Of a DNA stretch of 64,000 nucleotides, positions 36,314 through 44,197 are shown piece by piece. The DNA is from a virus. The stretch lies in IMG/VR virus record IMGVR_UViG_3300022539_000610, positions 1-64,000 of that record, one strand, 5' to 3'. Positions within the stretch are counted from its first letter, which is position 1. The number at the start of each line of letters is the position of its first letter. Below the pieces are notes generated by a model. That model made no database searches, had not been told where the DNA came from, and was given only the letters and a program-made list of their open reading frames with translations. Both the position numbers and the translations under genes were made by a program.

Positions 36314-36399
36314 CTTTTTTCTCCTTCCTCGTTAAAGGTTAACCCTCTCATTCTGCTCATTTAACTAAAAGCCAAATGAGCAGTATCAAAAGATTATCC

Positions 36400-36710
36400 C
36401 TAATCTATTATCGTCTTAACCTGTTGTCATCTTCCGGTTTGCTGACTACCCTACCCGACTGGCCATCTTTACCGGCTCTCGGGAGCTCCTCACCGGCTTA
36501 ATTCACCGGCTGCTCGCAATTTATATCCCATTTCTGGCTGGGTATTATCCGCACCTTTGCGCTACTAACCTCTTCCGCCTGAGATGTTCTCAACTCAATC
36601 TGGATCCCACTGACCCATGAGGCTTTCGACCTAATTGTCTAAGAGCGTTTTGGAAACTTTGCATTTCCCTCGGATGAGACCTAATGCCTCCCCCGGATGT
36701 GCCTTTTTAC
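36400..36710 (-). ncRNA. GC-rich structured leader / candidate ncRNA
   Basis: Non-coding, many short hairpins, three AGCCGGU copies; lies between the promoter and the first repeat. Confidence 0.45.
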
Positions 36711-36746
36711 TACTATTTTTATATCTCTTTCTCATAATTTATTCTT

Positions 36747-36775
36747 ATTATAAAGGTTAGTTTTAAAAGGATCAA
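36747..36775 (-). promoter_or_regulatory. sigma70-type (early) promoter
   Basis: TTGATC-N17-TATAAT with AT-rich upstream region. Confidence 0.7.
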
Positions 36776-36915
36776 ATAGCATATGCCCGGAATTTTATTG
36801 GTTAGATTAGAGTAATGTTTGTTATAACTATTTAATTTCATTACATAATCCGTAGAAACCGTAAAGACCATTAATAATACCGAACTCAAAAATCCTTTAG
36901 ATTCCTTAGTTTCTC

Positions 36916-37200
36916 TTAGTTTATTAAAAAAACCCGGTTTTTTCCCCGTTTTTTTTTATTTTTTTTATTTTTTCTTAGGGTTTTAATATCTTGAACGTTT
37001 ACCATAAGCCTTTTCTCTTTTTCAAAGTAAATAACAGAGAGCTCATTGTTGAGGTATCGTAAGCGGACAAGCTGACCAGAAACACCAAACTTTCGGGAGG
37101 CTTCTTCGACAGTTATCCACTCACCATCGGGCAAGTGAGACAACGAGAGTGGGTGGGACCTGGATGCTAACCATCTATAACTAGCTGCCATCTCTCTCAC
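36916..37200 (-). CDS. HTH (excisionase/MerR-like) DNA-binding protein
   Basis: WITVEEASRKFGVSGQLVR; basic tail. Confidence 0.6.
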   Translation of the reverse strand: MREMAASYRWLASRSHPLSLSHLPDGEWITVEEASRKFGVSGQLVRLRYLNNELSVIYFEKEKRLMVNVQDIKTLRKNKKNKKKRGKNRVFLIN

Positions 37201-37340
37201 TCCTATATGGTAGGATATTCAGATTTATCAACAAAGGATTGTATATGAGGTAGGTCATGGTAGGTATGAGTGTGATTTGTTTCAATTCTTTTTCACTCTC
37301 CTTCCTTCACTTATATTATAATGGTTTTTAGAGGAAAACC

Positions 37341-37388
37341 AAAAAATCTCTCCACAAACCTGCTTGAGGTCATGTTGAAGAGATTTGA
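37341..37388 (-). terminator. possible intrinsic terminator
   Basis: AAUCUCUUCA...UGGAGAGAUU followed by a U-run, after 37421..38005. Confidence 0.4.
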
Positions 37389-37420
37389 TGAGTCAAGTTG
37401 AGGTTGTGTTTGGTGGGTGT

Positions 37421-38005
37421 TTAGTCAACATCCTCACTGGCAGTCTTGATCATATTTTTGTAGTACTTCTTCTCCAGATCAGTCCGTTTCGCGGGGGGTA
37501 ATCCTTTCTTCTGAATCTTCTCAACGTTGTCAGCCATGTGTTTTGCTGCTGCCTTGAGGGCATCCTTAGATTTCTCATCTAGGTCTTCTTCTCGAAGTTT
37601 CTTCTTCTCCTTTAAATAACCTCCACAATTCACACAGAGTTCTTCCTTCGTTGGAAGCCCCACATAACCACAGGCAGGACAAGGGATTTTTCCCAGGGAA
37701 CTTAAGCCTTGTTCTAGAATTTTTTGTGCTTTTGACATTTTATTCTCCTTTATTTTTGTTAAAAGTAGTTGTATAGAGGAAGCTCTAGATTCACTCTTCC
37801 AGCCCATTTTTTTCGCACATTCAGGCCCAACCATTTTCTTTAGAACACCAACTACATACTGGTAGAATCTATCTGAGTCCTCTTCAAAGCCTTTTTTCTT
37901 TGCTCCTGCTTTTGCTTCTTCCCACTTACCCTCTAATTCAGACATGGGAATACCACAGGAGTCAGCTATTTTGTTTAGTAATGCTACTGGCATTTTTTCT
38001 CCCAC
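37421..38005 (-). CDS. hypothetical protein, possibly virion-associated
   Basis: LE.KW.EAK..AKK...YQYVVGVLKKM motif and CxxC..CxxC. Confidence 0.65.
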   Translation of the reverse strand: MGEKMPVALLNKIADSCGIPMSELEGKWEEAKAGAKKKGFEEDSDRFYQYVVGVLKKMVGPECAKKMGWKSESRASSIQLLLTKIKENKMSKAQKILEQGLSSLGKIPCPACGYVGLPTKEELCVNCGGYLKEKKKLREEDLDEKSKDALKAAAKHMADNVEKIQKKGLPPAKRTDLEKKYYKNMIKTASEDVD

Positions 38006-38180
38006 TCCATTCTGTTTGGTTTTTTATTTCTTCTTCTACTCTTTTTGAGTATTCTTCCTCTGATTCATTATCATACCTATGAGGTGCGCCTGTATATGGA
38101 CTTAAAGCACCTCCTTCTACGATACCTTCTAACTCCTTTATCCTGGGAGTATCTAGAAAAGAAGTATCATTCTTTTTCAT
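37962..38180 (-). CDS. hypothetical protein
   Basis: Likely start MKKNDT, ATGA-coupled. Confidence 0.5.
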   Translation of the reverse strand: MKKNDTSFLDTPRIKELEGIVEGGALSPYTGAPHRYDNESEEEYSKRVEEEIKNQTEWSGRKNASSITKQNS

Positions 38181-38404
38181 TCGATCACTTTTTTGGGAAG
38201 ATTCACCAAAAACCACTTTCCATTTACCTCCCGTTCAACCTTCAGAATCACACTCCTCTTAATAGGGGTGTTCTGCCCATTCAGCCTCCTCACATGTAAC
38301 CACTTTCGCCCAGCAGAATATTCATCGATGTCTCCCACATCAACTATTCCAGCCTTGGTGTGTACTCGAAGATGTTTCCGAGCTATTTTCTCATCATTTT
38401 TCAT
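38177..38404 (-). CDS. hypothetical protein
   Basis: ORF with weak RBS. Confidence 0.5.
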   Translation of the reverse strand: MKNDEKIARKHLRVHTKAGIVDVGDIDEYSAGRKWLHVRRLNGQNTPIKRSVILKVEREVNGKWFLVNLPKKVIE

Positions 38405-38454
38405 CTGTGTGGTGGCTCCTATAAAATGGCTATTTTGGTTAGTTTTTCTTTAAG

Positions 38455-38524
38455 GCTATATGGTATAGCCTAATGGGAGATCTCTTAAGTAAGAGGGTGT
38501 TTTACTAATCTGACAAGGTATTAG
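38455..38524 (+). repeat. dispersed ~65-bp repeat, copy B
   Basis: gtatagcctaatgggagatctcttaagtaagagggtgttttactaatctgac, immediately after the actin-like gene stop. Confidence 0.85.
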
Positions 38525-38526
38525 AA

Positions 38527-39531
38527 TTAAATCTTTGACCAATACTCGTCAGGCATTTCTAAGGAAAGCTTAAGTGCCCCAACAGCACCTCCAAACTCAG
38601 GGTCCTGAGTGCACTCAACATTTCCACCTCCATAAGCCTCAAGGCCTTTTTCAACTGCCCGGTCTATGCCCCGGAGTCGTGAGCCCCCTCCAGCTATAAT
38701 GACATTATTACGTAGGTGCTCCTGAAAATCGGCATCAAATGAGCCTACCAGAGCCTGGACAGCTTTACAAATAGGATCGGTCATCTGGAGACAACAATCC
38801 TGCAAAAGTCCAGTAAGATCATAAGTTCCAGGTATTCCCTTCTCTGTTAACGTTACAATAACTTTTTCAGAAATTCCTACATAGCCATATTTCTCCTTGA
38901 GCCTTTGGATAATCTGAGGGGTTAACTGAACACCAGGATACAAGTTTAAAATAGCTTCGATAATTTTGCTGTCAAGGAAGTTCCCTGCAGTAGTGAGGGT
39001 AACTTGATCCCCCTCTTCTGGTAAGCTACCATGTATTCGACATGCATCCACTGTTCCTGCTCCCACATCAACCACCAGACACTCGTCAAACCTATCCATC
39101 CCATAGGCGACGGCAAAGGGCTCTGACACTATCAGAACCTTATCTACTAAGGAGCTACACAGGTCAACAAGAGCCTTTTTGTTATGTATACTTGCCTGAG
39201 CAGGTACTCCTATAGCAGCATAGATCTGGTCACCTTTCCTTTTGTCAGGAATAGCCTGGACAAGCATATCCCTTAAAATAAGGGTGGTTGCCTTGATAGA
39301 AGGTTCATCCTCCTTCATCACTCCATGCTCAAGGGGCCAGACCATGTTGAGAGCAAGCCGATTCTTTATTGCCTCCTGCCCCAGAAGGTAGTCTCCACCT
39401 TTAAGTCTTTTTCTTGATACTACATCCTTTGGGTATCCAATGCAACTCAGTGTTGTCAACCTTGCGCCTGTAGATGTTGCCAATGAAGTCCTGCTAGTCC
39501 CCAAGTCAAATCCGGTGTAAAAAATAGTCAT
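38527..39531 (-). CDS. MamK-like bacterial actin
   Basis: GFDLGTSRT, IGYPKDV, IGVPAQAS..NK, VSEPFAVAYG, VDVGAGTVD, DQVTL..AGN.LD, AGGGSR, LP.EYW are colinear with MamK rather than MreB/ParM (from recalled sequence). Confidence 0.85.
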   Translation of the reverse strand: MTIFYTGFDLGTSRTSLATSTGARLTTLSCIGYPKDVVSRKRLKGGDYLLGQEAIKNRLALNMVWPLEHGVMKEDEPSIKATTLILRDMLVQAIPDKRKGDQIYAAIGVPAQASIHNKKALVDLCSSLVDKVLIVSEPFAVAYGMDRFDECLVVDVGAGTVDACRIHGSLPEEGDQVTLTTAGNFLDSKIIEAILNLYPGVQLTPQIIQRLKEKYGYVGISEKVIVTLTEKGIPGTYDLTGLLQDCCLQMTDPICKAVQALVGSFDADFQEHLRNNVIIAGGGSRLRGIDRAVEKGLEAYGGGNVECTQDPEFGGAVGALKLSLEMPDEYWSKI

Positions 39532-39638
39532 TTTCTTTTTCCTCCTTTTTAAATTCTATTAGATTCAACTATCTGATTTTTCTTTTTTCTGTCACCTCTT
39601 GTGCCATAATATTAGGCTTGAGTAGCCAGTAAGGATTC

Positions 39639-40412
39639 TCATGCAATACTCGAACAGATACCAATACACTCAATTTCTTTTTCCTCTTTGCTGTCGTAAA
39701 AAGAGGACAATTCTTCACGTTCAATTCTTCCCCGAAATGCTTCTAGCGTTTCATCCTTAAAGAATGAAATGTCTTTACCTAAATATTGTCGCACTTCACG
39801 CTCTACACGCGCTCTGTCTGCATATACTTCTGGAAGTTTTTCATATAGAAGTTTCCAATGCTTCTTCCCTGCTCGAACACACCCACCGGAACAGTTGTTA
39901 TGTTTAAAGCCAAGTCTATACAATAGGGGTTCTTCTATCCCCACATTTCTTAAAAAGTCATTTATTTGTTCATTTGTTTTATTCTCTTGTATTAGGGGAA
40001 ATAAGAGTTCTGACTGTTTATCTTTTTTCATTGCCACCATTTGATAAACATCATCCAGTCTATTTGCTCTGTGGGTTTCACCAATTCCAATTCCAAAGAC
40101 TAAGGTGTCCCCATCTTTATAGAACCTCTGAAGCCTTTCTGCTTTTAGAATCCGTGAACAGAATGGCATACGATCGTTAGCTAAGGCATTATTATCATAA
40201 AACAACTCTTCTGGGCTTCTTCCATCTGAGTCTAAAGTTATCTTATGGTCAAAATAATTCTCTAAATCAGAGAGAAATCTATACAGATCAGGGTGTTCCC
40301 ATTTTGTATCGTTGAAATACAAAATGACATCTTCCTTCGGGTATTGTTTGAAAGTCCAATCAGCACACCATGCTGATGCCTTACCCCCGCTTATAGCTAC
40401 AATTACGCTCAT
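39639..40412 (-). CDS. PAPS-reductase/PP-loop family protein
   Basis: AISGGKAS, FNDTKWEHPDLYRFL, HNNCSGGCVRAG, C-terminal CxxxC. Confidence 0.75.
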   Translation of the reverse strand: MSVIVAISGGKASAWCADWTFKQYPKEDVILYFNDTKWEHPDLYRFLSDLENYFDHKITLDSDGRSPEELFYDNNALANDRMPFCSRILKAERLQRFYKDGDTLVFGIGIGETHRANRLDDVYQMVAMKKDKQSELLFPLIQENKTNEQINDFLRNVGIEEPLLYRLGFKHNNCSGGCVRAGKKHWKLLYEKLPEVYADRARVEREVRQYLGKDISFFKDETLEAFRGRIEREELSSFYDSKEEKEIECIGICSSIA

Positions 40413-40443
40413 CTTTCAGTGTCTTAACAAGTTTCTCACTTGA

Positions 40444-40638
40444 TTAATCCTTCGGAAGGAGCTCTCCAAATATTGTAGAACGAACACTTTGGAAAGCATC
40501 TATATAACATGCAGCCATAGTCATTAATTTTTCTTCTCCCCCATCTAATGCAATCTTCTTCTTGCTTCTCCAATGTTTGATACTCCTGTCAAGGTACTCC
40601 ATAATAGTTTCTTTGTCAAAAGGAATTGTGTTACTCAT
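40444..40638 (-). CDS. hypothetical protein
   Basis: Likely start MSNTIP; YIDAFQSVRS..FGELL. Confidence 0.55.
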   Translation of the reverse strand: MSNTIPFDKETIMEYLDRSIKHWRSKKKIALDGGEEKLMTMAACYIDAFQSVRSTIFGELLPKD

Positions 40639-40691
40639 TTTTACCGCCTCTCTAACAGGCGGTGGGTGTGGTGATGCCATTTTATTACTCC

Positions 40692-41177
40692 TTAAACATC
40701 CAGTAGGTTAACTAAAAGTTTACATGCCTCAATCTCATCCTTTACCCAAGTGTGAACAGTAGCCTGTACAAAAGGATGCTGGCATCGGAGATCATTCCTA
40801 TGATCTTCATGTATTCCAATTACCATTTTCGCAGGATCGTCAAAGTACCAAGCCAACTCATAGATTGTCCCAATGGATGGCTCTTCAGGTGAGTAAATGT
40901 TCATGTTTGCAAGAGCAATAGTTGACCTCCTCACATGCTGCCTATCCTTATGAGGAAGGAGCCCCCAGACCTTCTGATTAAGAGCAATACTTAACCCGTT
41001 CTTTGAAATTCGACCATTTGTCAACACTTTCTGGTTCCATGCACTCTGACATGGATCAATGATAGTTAGATGACTATTAAACTTAGGTTCGTAATTAAAA
41101 AACTCTCTCACTCGCTTTCTCCACCTGTATGTTTCAGGATTTGTTGAAATCTGACCTGCTAAGTATACTATATACAT
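40692..41177 (-). CDS. nucleoside 2-deoxyribosyltransferase-like protein
   Basis: VYLAGQI..WR..IIDP...D...SIGTIYELAW. Confidence 0.7.
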   Translation of the reverse strand: MYIVYLAGQISTNPETYRWRKRVREFFNYEPKFNSHLTIIDPCQSAWNQKVLTNGRISKNGLSIALNQKVWGLLPHKDRQHVRRSTIALANMNIYSPEEPSIGTIYELAWYFDDPAKMVIGIHEDHRNDLRCQHPFVQATVHTWVKDEIEACKLLVNLLDV

Positions 41178-41207
41178 ACCTCCTCCTACAGTTTAGATTC
41201 TGATTTT

Positions 41208-41600
41208 TCAAACTTCCCTGATTCTTAAATTCTCCTCAATCAAAGCCTGAAAAATAGCTAGTTTCCCTTTATCGTCTACCCTTCCTATGGCTATGTTCAA
41301 AAGTTCACTTATGTTTTTTGAAAGACCTCCAAGCACCCCACCTTGTCGTATGGCATCTAATTCTTTTTGAAGCTGAGTGACTTTGGCTTTCAAAACCCTA
41401 TTCTTCTCAACTACTTTAAGGAACGAATCATATGGTACAGCCTTATGAAAGTAGATCCTCGGATCAGCCTTCAACTGCTTAAAATACTTTGGATTCGCCC
41501 CCGTACTGACAGACGTCTTGGGGTAGATACTAAGTAAAGTTTTAGCTGATATTCTTACCCGTACATTATAAGTATTAGGATTGTATATTGTTAAATACAT
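41208..41600 (-). CDS. hypothetical protein
   Basis: ORF with coiled coil. Confidence 0.55.
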   Translation of the reverse strand: MYLTIYNPNTYNVRVRISAKTLLSIYPKTSVSTGANPKYFKQLKADPRIYFHKAVPYDSFLKVVEKNRVLKAKVTQLQKELDAIRQGGVLGGLSKNISELLNIAIGRVDDKGKLAIFQALIEENLRIREV

Positions 41601-41611
41601 TTCAGCTCTAT

Positions 41612-41812
41612 TTACTTGTTAGAGTTTTTACCAGTACCTGTACACTGTTGTCGTGTTTTTACCCATCCTCTTGTCTCTCTTCTACGTGGTCCATATGTAT
41701 GCAATCCAAGTTCACGAGCATTACTTCGATAGCCACGCCATCCATGTCGTGGAATTAAACCATTCTTTGTAAGCGTTACAGGCATCCAACAATCAGGACA
41801 TAGTATAATCAT
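41612..41812 (-). CDS. small Zn-binding hypothetical protein
   Basis: CPDC...RHG...C.GTG. Confidence 0.55.
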   Translation of the reverse strand: MIILCPDCWMPVTLTKNGLIPRHGWRGYRSNARELGLHTYGPRRRETRGWVKTRQQCTGTGKNSNK

Positions 41813-41820
41813 CTAAGAGT

Positions 41821-41988
41821 TCACTCTCTTCTACCTGAGTTAATACCATACTTCTTCTGGTAATAATATACTGGAGACAAGCCTATGTTTAGTCTTTGAG
41901 CAATAATACTTGGTGTTAACCCTTCCTTTGTTAACTTCCTAATACGTTCTATCTTTACCTCTGACAATTTACCAGATCGACCTGCCAT
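41821..41988 (-). CDS. 55-aa HTH protein (not in ORF track)
   Basis: LSEVKIERIRKLTKEGLTPSIIAQRLNIGLSPVYYY. Confidence 0.55.
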   Translation of the reverse strand: MAGRSGKLSEVKIERIRKLTKEGLTPSIIAQRLNIGLSPVYYYQKKYGINSGRRE

Positions 41989-42007
41989 ATCCATCTCCAA
42001 CGAATGT

Positions 42008-42745
42008 TTAAACTAATAAGGTTTTTTGTTTTTTCAAACTATCCCACATCTCATTTCCTTCCTGGGTACGAAAAGTAAGTTTGTTTGATTGAATAAAACG
42101 AGCCCTATCTACAATCTTACCAACAGGACGAGGTTTCTTAACTCCCAAAACACTGGCAAATTTCTCAGGGGTCACGATAATGTCTTTCCCTTCAATATAG
42201 TGAAACACATACTGAGGGTTGCTCTTATGTGCCTCATTAAACAACATAACTGAACGGTTGTAGTTTATCCAAATCTGCTCCAGGCATGTATAAGGATGAC
42301 CTTGTTTCCCTATCCACTGAATGTCTCTCTTCATCTTCCTTCGATAGAAAGATTGGATTATCTCAACAGGGTTTCTAAAAATTAAAACTATAGTGACTTT
42401 TTCCTTCGTATACTGTGAAAGCAAAGGGAGCCATGCCCATATACACAGAGAGTTAATAGGGGCCTTCCAGCCCCAGTTGGTAAAACAAGTTAGAGAGTTC
42501 TGAAGTTGAGCTTGCATTTCTTTCTTCACACTTGATGAAGGAGAGATGTCAGTGTGGTCAAATTTCAATCCATATCTATGCACACCACTGGAGCGAAGGA
42601 TCTTGTGAGAGATAGGTCTGTACTTCCTATTCTCACCCAGGAAGTCAATGGGAACACCTCCACTCATATCCACTCCACAATGGTGAAGGTATCGAGAAGC
42701 CAAAGATGTACCGCTTCCATGCATCCCGCAAAGGTAAAAAATCAT
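42008..42745 (-). CDS. sulfotransferase family protein
   Basis: GMHGSGTS PAPS-binding loop, WGWKAP, IFRNP..S; likely start MIFYLCG, 5 nt after the iscB stop. Confidence 0.85.
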   Translation of the reverse strand: MIFYLCGMHGSGTSLASRYLHHCGVDMSGGVPIDFLGENRKYRPISHKILRSSGVHRYGLKFDHTDISPSSSVKKEMQAQLQNSLTCFTNWGWKAPINSLCIWAWLPLLSQYTKEKVTIVLIFRNPVEIIQSFYRRKMKRDIQWIGKQGHPYTCLEQIWINYNRSVMLFNEAHKSNPQYVFHYIEGKDIIVTPEKFASVLGVKKPRPVGKIVDRARFIQSNKLTFRTQEGNEMWDSLKKQKTLLV

Positions 42746-42750
42746 TGCTT

Positions 42751-43932
42751 TTATACCCACACCAAAGTTCTGGAATGAAAAATCCAACTATCCAACTTTC
42801 CTACCACCCTATCAAAACCCCTTCCTGTAGAATCCTTTAAGCCGACAGAACTACCCCCATGCCATACTTCATAAATGCTATCAACTAATTTAATTAAATC
42901 CTTCGGTTGGTGAAAGTATCGTTGTTTTCTGATATTAATTCCATCTCTTCTCTGGATTTGCAATCGCCGATTATTCTTTCTTCTTTGGATTACACTGAAT
43001 GGTTTAGATCTAGTTTGCTTCGTTCCACTCGCTATAACGAAGGCATCATTTATATGTGACTTTTCCAAACCTAGATTCACTCTGTTTACTTTCGTTAAGT
43101 AGCCATACGTTCTTTCGATTTCGGGATACCATTTAGTGAATATACTTCTAATGATATTCATAAAAGAGGATTCTTTGTATTGTCTGGCCTTCTTCAACCT
43201 ATGTTCTAAATGTTGCTTATGCAACTTATCATGGCAACTCACATGAAGAAGGGCTCTGTTCTTGGGTCTATCTGTTCCCCCTTTACTTCTAGGTATGATA
43301 TGATGTAATTTCCATGGATCACTTTTCCTATATAGTTTACTACAGAGTTGACATCTACTTTTCTCTCTGGCTAAAACATACTCCTTTATGTTTTGGTATC
43401 CATACAAGTCCCCTTGCTGATACCCAGTGCCTTCGATGTCTGGATTTTCAAGTTTTTGGATATCAAAATTACCTAATTCAACAATTGTTTTAGATATAGG
43501 GAGAAAATCTTTTAACTTTTCTATGACTCTGAAATGGGTTCTAGTTCTCCTTTCTACTGAAGGGGGTAGCCAACCTTCTTTCCTTCTTCTATTGTTGAAT
43601 CTTGGTTCCCGATGTCTTAGTTTACCCCTACGATGCACTCGGTACATTCTACGATCGTCAAGTCGTCTTTTCGTATTACTGTCTACTCTCACCTCACCAC
43701 TAATTAGTTCTTCTTTCTTGGATACACAGGAAAAACCAATGTATTCATAGCCAGAGTCGATGCCGCAGGAAACATCCTGGGTATATTCCTTAGAATCATA
43801 AAGGAGCTGAATAGTGAAAGGTTTTCTCTTTACAACCTTTGCTTTGTCTTCTTTCAACAACAATCTGGCCACAACAGACCATGTTGGCATCAAAGGCTTT
43901 CCAGATTTTGATAAAACAAATACTTCTTTCAA
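42751..43932 (-). CDS. iscB: RNA-guided endonuclease IscB
   Basis: GKPLMPT (PLMP), GIDSG (RuvC-I), Arg-rich RRxRR helix, WLPPS, IVELG (RuvC-II), CxxC..HHIIPRSKGG..N..CHDKLH (HNH), SHINDA (RuvC-III); likely TTG start after GGAGG. Confidence 0.95.
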   Translation of the reverse strand: MKEVFVLSKSGKPLMPTWSVVARLLLKEDKAKVVKRKPFTIQLLYDSKEYTQDVSCGIDSGYEYIGFSCVSKKEELISGEVRVDSNTKRRLDDRRMYRVHRRGKLRHREPRFNNRRRKEGWLPPSVERRTRTHFRVIEKLKDFLPISKTIVELGNFDIQKLENPDIEGTGYQQGDLYGYQNIKEYVLAREKSRCQLCSKLYRKSDPWKLHHIIPRSKGGTDRPKNRALLHVSCHDKLHKQHLEHRLKKARQYKESSFMNIIRSIFTKWYPEIERTYGYLTKVNRVNLGLEKSHINDAFVIASGTKQTRSKPFSVIQRRKNNRRLQIQRRDGINIRKQRYFHQPKDLIKLVDSIYEVWHGGSSVGLKDSTGRGFDRVVGKLDSWIFHSRTLVWV

Positions 43933-43949
43933 ACTGTCCTCCAATTATA

Positions 43950-44197
43950 TACTCTACTTCTAAGAGTAGGTTGATTCCCTTCGTCAATGTTATCTTATGG
44001 TTTTTATTTACTACACTAAGACTTTCATCTTTATTTAATAGTAAATCGCAGAGTTCGGAACTAGGGAGGCATTCCGAAGTGCCTATATCATTCACAAGTA
44101 ACGTAGTACACGAAGTACTTAGACTAACCACCTCTTACGACATACATCACTGTATGTGCCTAAACCCCTGAGTTTATTAGGGTTTAGGTAGGTGGCT
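43950..44197 (-). ncRNA. omegaRNA (HEARO family)
   Basis: AGCCACC/GGUGGUU first helix, AGUCUAAG..CUACGUU, AUAGGCACUUCGGAAUGC..CUAGUUCCGAACUCUGCG, AACAUUGACGAAGGG; directly upstream of iscB. Confidence 0.88.

Larger units (their letters stand above)
32400..36396 (-). repeat. family of intergenic RNA-hairpin repeats (7 full and 2 half copies) separating small genes
   Basis: Full copies at 32400-32446, 33815-33871, 34379-34437, 34697-34790, 35363-35420, 35699-35757, 36340-36396; half copies at 34071-34088 and 36000-36015. Consensus UAAUCUUUUGAU(A)CUGC...GCAGA(U)AUGAGRGGRUUA. Confidence 0.85.
42713..44197 (-). mobile_element. IscB-omegaRNA (IS200/IS605-type OMEGA) insertion without adjacent TnpA, followed by a recoded copy of the host gene 5' end
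   Basis: omegaRNA plus iscB, flanked by two versions of the same 11 codons (44195-44227 and 42713-42745). Confidence 0.8.

Noticed and set aside
32400-36396. CRISPR array
   Set aside because: Repeats are degenerate, 47-94 nt long and separated by whole genes of variable length; no cas genes.
32400-36396. Integron attC cassette array
   Set aside because: Ends do not fit RYYYAAC/GTTRRRY well, stems depend on U-G pairs of the coding-strand RNA, and no integrase is seen.
36921-36976. Poly-T tract as terminator or origin
   Set aside because: Explained by the Lys/Asn-rich tail of the minus-strand HTH gene.
38527-39531. Magnetosome gene island
   Set aside because: No other mam or mad genes; the context is phage-like.
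39639-40412. Dnd phosphorothioation system (DndC)
   Set aside because: The protein is short and there are no dndB/D/E or ssp neighbours.
43796-44131. 111-aa ORF upstream of and overlapping iscB
   Set aside because: It lies over the omegaRNA and in an alternative frame of iscB.
42746-44197. Group I intron (IStron) around iscB
   Set aside because: No room or core motifs for a ribozyme; the duplicated, recoded start makes splicing unnecessary.
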